The notes below the pieces were generated by a model. The model had not been told where the DNA came from. It ran no database searches and was given only the letters and a program-made list of their open reading frames with translations. The translations under genes were made by a program, and so were the position numbers. A stretch of DNA of 64,000 bases from an uncultured Gammaproteobacteria bacterium. GTDB lineage: Bacteria; Pseudomonadota; Gammaproteobacteria; CAMYKB01. This document shows, piece after piece, positions 59,339-64,000 of this stretch (its first letter is position 1; every line of letters begins with the position of its first letter). The stretch is taken from positions 12,358-76,357 of the forward strand of contig CAMYKB010000003.1 of NCBI GenBank assembly GCA_947258875.1, read 5' to 3'.

Positions 59339-59806
59339 TTACTTTTTCCTTTTAGCTGTTTTGCGCTTGGCTGTTTTACGTTTAGCCGTTTTACGTTTAG
59401 CCGTTTTACGTTTCGCCGTTTTCCTTTTGGCTGTTTTACGTTTAGCCGTTTTCTTTTTCTTTGCTACCTTGCGCTTGGCTGTCTTACGTTTCGCCGTTTT
59501 GCGCTTGGCAGTTTTTTTCTTTTTAGCTGTTTTCTTTTTCTTAGCTACCTTTTTCTTCTTGGCAGTTTTTTTCTTTTTAGCTGTTTTCTTTTTCTTGGCT
59601 ACTTTGCGTTTCGCCGTTTTACGTTTTGCGGTTTTGCGTTTCGCCGTTTTCTTTTTCTTGGCTACTTTGCGTTTCGCCGTTTTACGCTTTGCGGTTTTGC
59701 GCTTGGTAGTTTTCCTTTTCGCAACTTTCCTTTTGGTCGTTGCGCGTTTCGCTTTAGCTTTCGTTCGAGACTTTTTCTTCGTTGATGCTCTGCGTTTGAT
59801 GGCCAT
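59339..59806 (-). CDS. Highly basic Lys/Ala/Thr-rich repeat protein (histone H1-like / AlgP-like nucleoid protein)
   Basis: GGAGGGAG RBS before ATG 59806. 155 aa almost entirely TAKRK/VAKKKK repeats. Terminator immediately downstream. Confidence 0.7.
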   Translation of the reverse strand: MAIKRRASTKKKSRTKAKAKRATTKRKVAKRKTTKRKTAKRKTAKRKVAKKKKTAKRKTAKRKTAKRKVAKKKKTAKKKKTAKKKKVAKKKKTAKKKKTAKRKTAKRKTAKRKVAKKKKTAKRKTAKRKTAKRKTAKRKTAKRKTAKRKTAKRKK

Positions 59807-60146
59807 CAAATCTCCCTCCAAACAGTTAGTTAACAAAAGTGCACGGGCTGAGTATAAACCACAAAATGGAAAATACTAGCCAATAAGTAATGTTTTTTTA
59901 GCACGTTTTTTTAGAAAAAAGTAGTTTTTTTTAAAATTTGCATTGTCGAACACATGTTTTTGCTAACTGAACGGCGAAGAATCGGCGATAAAAGGATGTG
60001 TTAAACGGTATGTTTGTGCGCATATCACGTGTCGGAATTTAGAAACCGGTAGTGTCAAACGGGCATGATGTCTGAGCTGCGAATATAGCGGGAGATTCGT
60101 GATACTAGGGAAAGACTATGGTGTGCAGCGTAATCAAAAGCTGGTT

Positions 60147-60599
60147 TTATTCCAGCTCCAGTATGTAGTCCCATTGTTTTCTAGTAACAGACATGACGGA
60201 AAGGCGGTTGCCTTTACGCAGCAGGGTCATATCAGCGAGCGCTCGGTGCTGTTTGAGCTCGTTGAGTGTAATCACACGCTTGAGTTTGCGCTTATAACGC
60301 ACATCAACCATGAACCAGCGTGGATTGTCAGGGTCGCTCTTGGGGTCGTAATGGTTGTCATCAGGGTCGAATGCGGTGTGGTCTGGATAAGCCTCCCGTG
60401 CAATGGTCATGACACCGACAATGCCGATTTCATCACAGTTTGAGTGATACAGAAATGCGAGATCGCCCTTTTTCATGTCGTCGCGCATCATGTTGCGGGC
60501 CTGATAATTTCTTACGCCATCCCATGGTTCGACCTTAACGCGTTTGAGGTCGTCGATACTGAATTCGCTGGGTTCCGATTTCATTAGCCAGTATTGCAT
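60147..60599 (-). CDS. EVE (PUA-like) domain protein
   Basis: MQYWLMKSEPSEFSIDDL...WDGVRNYQARN...GDLAFLYHS...IVGV is the EVE domain signature. The upstream extension of the ORF overlaps the 6S RNA and is spurious. Confidence 0.8.
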   Translation of the reverse strand: MQYWLMKSEPSEFSIDDLKRVKVEPWDGVRNYQARNMMRDDMKKGDLAFLYHSNCDEIGIVGVMTIAREAYPDHTAFDPDDNHYDPKSDPDNPRWFMVDVRYKRKLKRVITLNELKQHRALADMTLLRKGNRLSVMSVTRKQWDYILELE

Positions 60600-60844
60600 G
60601 TCCGCTATCCTGTATTTGGGGAGCTGCTGAGTATAAAGCCGCTGGCGGTGCAGACAAGTGCTGGAGGTATGTATAGCTATACACGCTCGTTGTAAGCCTG
60701 GAGGTAATGCTTGGGGTAGATAGCTGTGCTGCAGTGGCTGCTTTATGTTGAAACTGTGGTGGAATCGGCGTGTACTAGTAGGAGGTTCAGTAGATTGTGT
60801 GTGGAAAGTCAGCGGCGCTCTCCGCAGCGTCGCTCTTGAAGGGG

Positions 60845-61032
60845 AAGGGTGCTCCGCCCTGCCGTTACAGCTTTCGACCTTGAACCAGAGGTTCAGGTGG
60901 GGGCTTCGGTGATGCTTAAGGCTTTCCGTTGACCGGACATGCACACCACATCATCTACTCGGCTCCCGGGGTAAAGAAATAGGCTCAAGGATTTTACCCA
61001 GCTGCTCACGTACAGGGCAGAGCGACCCAAAC
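60845..61032 (-). ncRNA. ssrS: 6S RNA (SsrS)
   Basis: Minus-strand sequence aligns to E. coli 6S: AUCCUUGAGCCUAUUUCUUUACC vs GUCCCCUGAGCCGAUAUUUCAUACC. GAAAGCCUUAA...CACCUGAACCUCUGGUUCAAGG...ACGGCAGGGCGGAG vs GAGAAGCCUUAA...CACCUUGAACCAAGGGUUCAAGG...ACAGCCUGCGGCGG. Located directly downstream of zapA, as in enterobacteria. Ends approximate (±10 nt). Confidence 0.75.
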
Positions 61033-61054
61033 TTTAAATCTTTAATACAGGCGC

Positions 61055-61372
61055 TTAAAACTCCATCTGTTGGCTGTCTTTGAGTGCCACATCGACTCGC
61101 TCCTGGAGTGAACGAATACGGTTGAAGAACTTGTCGGCAAAGTTTTCCTGACTGTTCTTCTGGTTCAGCATTTCGTGTGTCAGATTCAGGGCTGCCATTA
61201 CCGCAATACGGTCTGCACCCACGACCTTGCCGCTGTCACGGATCTCCTTCATGGTCTTGTGTAGGTAGTTTGCCGAAGCCAACAGTTCATTCTGTTGTTC
61301 CGCAGGGCAGCCGATACGGTATTCCTTGTCCAGGATGTTGACGGTGACAGGGATGTTGTCGTTTGCGCTCAT
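61055..61372 (-). CDS. zapA: Cell division protein ZapA
   Basis: MSANDNIPVTVNILDKEYRIGCP...AANYL... is a typical ZapA. Followed by 6S RNA. Confidence 0.85.
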   Translation of the reverse strand: MSANDNIPVTVNILDKEYRIGCPAEQQNELLASANYLHKTMKEIRDSGKVVGADRIAVMAALNLTHEMLNQKNSQENFADKFFNRIRSLQERVDVALKDSQQMEF

Positions 61373-61602
61373 GCGGTCTGTTCCATGGACTTCAGTCGGT
61401 TCAGGATAGCCTCGACACGCGTCCGCACCTGCTCATGTTTATCAATAAGATTGGCGCGTTCGGTGGACTGATGGTCCTGCTGAGTGCGCAGTAGGCGATT
61501 TTCTTCCTTGAGGTGCTCGCAGGTACGAATCAGTTCATTAATGCGGGACTCGAGCCGCTGTAGCTCGTGTTCCATGACTTGCTGTGCTTTATCTTTTTCC
61601 AT
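61369..61602 (-). CDS. ZapB-like small coiled-coil protein
   Basis: 77 aa. All-helical heptad pattern ELQRLESRINELIRTCEHLKEENRLLR. 4 bp overlap with zapA. Confidence 0.6.
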   Translation of the reverse strand: MEKDKAQQVMEHELQRLESRINELIRTCEHLKEENRLLRTQQDHQSTERANLIDKHEQVRTRVEAILNRLKSMEQTA

Positions 61603-61734
61603 GGGTCAATAGTAGGCCGCTGCAATGCGGGGGTCAACCGGCCATAGCGCCAATTGCGGCGCTGGCTTGTGAAATCTGTCAAGGCTGCCGCAACTTGATT
61701 ATTGTGCGCCGTTTTAGTGCCGACTGGTGATAAG

Positions 61735-62295
61735 ATGCAGGGCATGCAAATGCCGGAATATCACGAAGTCAGCAATGCACTGCGCAATGCCGATGTGGAC
61801 ATCGACGCTGCCGATTGCCATGGATCATTATGCGGTGTGCTGGTGGTGAATGCCGCTGTGCCAGTGCAGCTTTGGCTGGATGAGGTGTTATCCGAGGCTG
61901 ATTCCGCGAATGCGCTGGTGAGAGAAACGCGTGCGCTGCTGGAAACCTTGTGTACCGCGACCCGCGAGCAGCTCAACAGCAGTAATCTGGATTTTCAGTT
62001 ACTGTTGCCTGGTGATGATTGCTCGCTGCAAGAGCGTGCGGGTGCACTGGCACTCTGGTGTCGGGGCTTTCTTTTCGGCACTGCCTTGGCGGGTGTCAAG
62101 GCGGATACTTCGCTACCGGCAGACAGTGCAGAGCTATTTAAGGACTTGGCTGAGATCGTTAAACTTGGTATCGGCGAGATCGCGGACGAAGAGGATGAAA
62201 ACGCCTACACTGAGATTCTGGAATATGTCCGCATGGGCGTATTGCTGGTAAATGAAGAGCTGCAGCCCATGAAGCTGCAGGCATCAATTCACTGA
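61735..62295 (+). CDS. ygfB: UPF0149 family protein YgfB
   Basis: MPEYHEV... aligns with E. coli YgfB MPGYNEM.... GVLVVN..., ...WCRGFLFG... and acidic C-terminus. Precedes pepP-ubiH as in E. coli. Confidence 0.8.
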   Translation: MQGMQMPEYHEVSNALRNADVDIDAADCHGSLCGVLVVNAAVPVQLWLDEVLSEADSANALVRETRALLETLCTATREQLNSSNLDFQLLLPGDDCSLQERAGALALWCRGFLFGTALAGVKADTSLPADSAELFKDLAEIVKLGIGEIADEEDENAYTEILEYVRMGVLLVNEELQPMKLQASIH

Positions 62296-62320
62296 TTTAA
62301 CCTCAATAATTGGTAAAACA

Positions 62321-63631
62321 ATGCAGAGCAAGGAATACGTTAAACGCCGCAAGACCTTAATGCGCATGATGGGAAATGATGCCATTGCAATCCTACCCTC
62401 GGCGCCGGTGCGCATTCGTAACCGGGATGTCGATTATCCTTACCGCCAGGACAGCGATTTTTTGTATCTCACCGGATTCGAAGAGCCGGAATCAGTTGCG
62501 GTGCTGATTCCCGGTCGCAAGCACGGGCAGTACATTCTGTTTTGCCGGGAAAAAGATCCCGAACAGGAAACCTGGCATGGCCGGCGCACAGGGCAAGAGG
62601 GTGCAATCGAAACCTATGGCGCGGATGACGCTTTCCCGATCACGGATATCGACGACATCCTGCCTGGTTTGCTGGAGGAGCGTGATCGCGTGTTCTACAG
62701 CATGGGTCGGGATCCGGAATTCGACCACCAGCTCATGAGTTGGGTGAACAGTATTCGTGAGCGTGCCCGTGCCGGTAGCCAGGCCCCGCATGAGTTCGTG
62801 TCGCTGGAGTATCCCTTGCATGACATGCGTCTGTACAAATCGCGTGCCGAAGTCAGTGCCATGAGAAAAGCAGCAAAAGCAGCAATCTCGGCACACCAGC
62901 GTGCCATGATGTATTGCGAACCAGGTATAAATGAACACCATATCGAAGCGGAGCTCATGTATGAGTTTCATCTTGCCGGCACGGTCCCATCCTATACGCC
63001 GATCGTCGGCGGTGGTGATAACAGTTGCATCCTGCATTACACGGACAACAACCAGCTACTTGAAGACGGTGATCTGTTGTTGATTGATGCCGGTGCTGAG
63101 CACGATGGTTATGCCAGTGACATCACGCGCACCTTCCCCGTAAATGGCCGCTTTAAACCTGCGCAGCGCGATATCTATGAGCTGGTGCTGGCGGCGCAAG
63201 AGGCTGCCATTAAAAAAGCGATCCCCGGTAATCACTGGAATGATCCGCACGATGCCGCGGTGAAAGTATTGACCAAAGGGCTGGTTAGGCTCGGCTTGCT
63301 GAAGGGGCGGCCCGCGCAATTGATCCGCGATGAAGCCTATAAGCGATTTTACATGCACCGAACCGGTCACTGGCTGGGACTGGATGTCCACGATGTGGGT
63401 GATTACCGCGTTGATGAAGAGTGGCGTTTGCTGGAACCAGGTATGGTGATGACCGTTGAGCCTGGTATTTATATACCCGCGGGCAGCAAGGGTGTTGCCA
63501 GGCGTTGGTGGAACATCGGTGTCCGCATCGAAGATGATGTGCTGATTACGCGCGATGGTAACGAGGTGTTGAGCCGTGGACTGACGCGTGATCCCGACGA
63601 GATCGAAGGCCTGGTTGGGTCCGCGTTGTAA
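62321..63631 (+). CDS. pepP: Xaa-Pro aminopeptidase
   Basis: N-terminal Creatinase_N-like region plus M24 pita-bread motifs (DAGAEHDGYASDITRT, HGTGHWLGLDVHD, VMTVEPGIY, GVRIEDDVLIT). Confidence 0.9.
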   Translation: MQSKEYVKRRKTLMRMMGNDAIAILPSAPVRIRNRDVDYPYRQDSDFLYLTGFEEPESVAVLIPGRKHGQYILFCREKDPEQETWHGRRTGQEGAIETYGADDAFPITDIDDILPGLLEERDRVFYSMGRDPEFDHQLMSWVNSIRERARAGSQAPHEFVSLEYPLHDMRLYKSRAEVSAMRKAAKAAISAHQRAMMYCEPGINEHHIEAELMYEFHLAGTVPSYTPIVGGGDNSCILHYTDNNQLLEDGDLLLIDAGAEHDGYASDITRTFPVNGRFKPAQRDIYELVLAAQEAAIKKAIPGNHWNDPHDAAVKVLTKGLVRLGLLKGRPAQLIRDEAYKRFYMHRTGHWLGLDVHDVGDYRVDEEWRLLEPGMVMTVEPGIYIPAGSKGVARRWWNIGVRIEDDVLITRDGNEVLSRGLTRDPDEIEGLVGSAL

Positions 63632-63650
63632 CTGGAGTCTCTGCGCACTA

Positions 63651-64000
63651 CTCAATCCTATGCAAGACGATTGCGATATTCTGATAGTTGGTGGTGGCCT
63701 GGTGGGTGCTACGCTGGCGTGTGCGCTTGCCAATTGTGATTACCGAGTGGTGTTACTCGAGGCGCGACCTCTCGGTACGCCCGGTCAACCCAGTTATGAC
63801 GAGCGTACCGTTGCGCTGTCATACAGTTCACGGCGTATCTTCGAAGCGCTGGGTTTGTGGGATGAACTGCTACAGGTGGCAACATCCATCAATACGATCC
63901 ATATTTCTGAGCGCGGCCGTTTTGGTGTAACGCGTTTACATCATGCTGATGAAGATGTAGATGCATTAGGTTATGTTGTCGCAAATCGAAACATCGGTGA
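63651..64000 (+). CDS. ubiH: 2-octaprenyl-6-methoxyphenol hydroxylase (FAD monooxygenase), 5' part; continues beyond window
   Basis: DILIVGGGLVGATLACALA...VVLLEA is an FAD GXGXXG fingerprint. Synteny ygfB-pepP-ubiH. Confidence 0.8.

Noticed and set aside
59276-59879. Two + strand ORFs (169 and 172 aa, Phe/Leu/Ala-rich) and a possible CRISPR-like array call
   Set aside because: Reverse-frame shadows of the Lys-rich repeat gene. The repeats are imperfect coding repeats without unique spacers, and the minus-strand gene has a strong RBS and terminator.
60600-60944. N-terminal 115-aa extension of the EVE-domain ORF
   Set aside because: Overlaps the 6S RNA gene and has no homology. The EVE domain begins at MQYWLMKSEP.

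Overview
A 64 kb chromosomal segment, probably from a gammaproteobacterium. This is supported by a Crp protein near-identical to E. coli CRP and by the zapA-ssrS and ygfB-pepP-ubiH synteny. Housekeeping content includes trpEGDC, crp, speD, rplM-rpsI, tRNA-Gln, rpiA, ilvA, rpe-gph, a COQ7-type ubiquinone hydroxylase, zapA, 6S RNA, ygfB-pepP-ubiH. Accessory content includes (i) a ~14 kb copper homeostasis island (cusCBA, copA/copB, DUF411, a P-II-like gene, Met/His-rich and small Cys/His-rich secreted proteins, c-type cytochromes), (ii) several c-type cytochrome genes, including one ~793-aa multihaem cytochrome with ~12 haem motifs in an operon with a TPR lipoprotein, (iii) three M48 metallopeptidases, two Slp lipoproteins and a GGDEF-EAL sensor. 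The most unusual element is a tightly coupled three-gene operon (10247..16653, + strand). Gene 1 has an N-terminal DUF4062 (TIR-like) domain plus a degenerate NTPase-like region. Gene 2 is a MoxR-family AAA+ ATPase. Gene 3 is a 1352-aa three-pass membrane protein with a periplasmic 4-blade WD40 mini-propeller, a cytoplasmic vWA-like module and a C-terminal domain resembling the TssM/IcmF periplasmic C-terminus. I know of no described system with this combination; it resembles the MoxR-vWA-centred NTP-dependent conflict/signalling systems but with a trans-envelope, TssM-like organisation. Other notable points are a duplicated tRNA-Gln 3'-end plus terminator (att-like direct repeat), an EVE-domain gene replacing ygfA downstream of 6S RNA, and a highly repetitive Lys-rich histone-H1-like protein.
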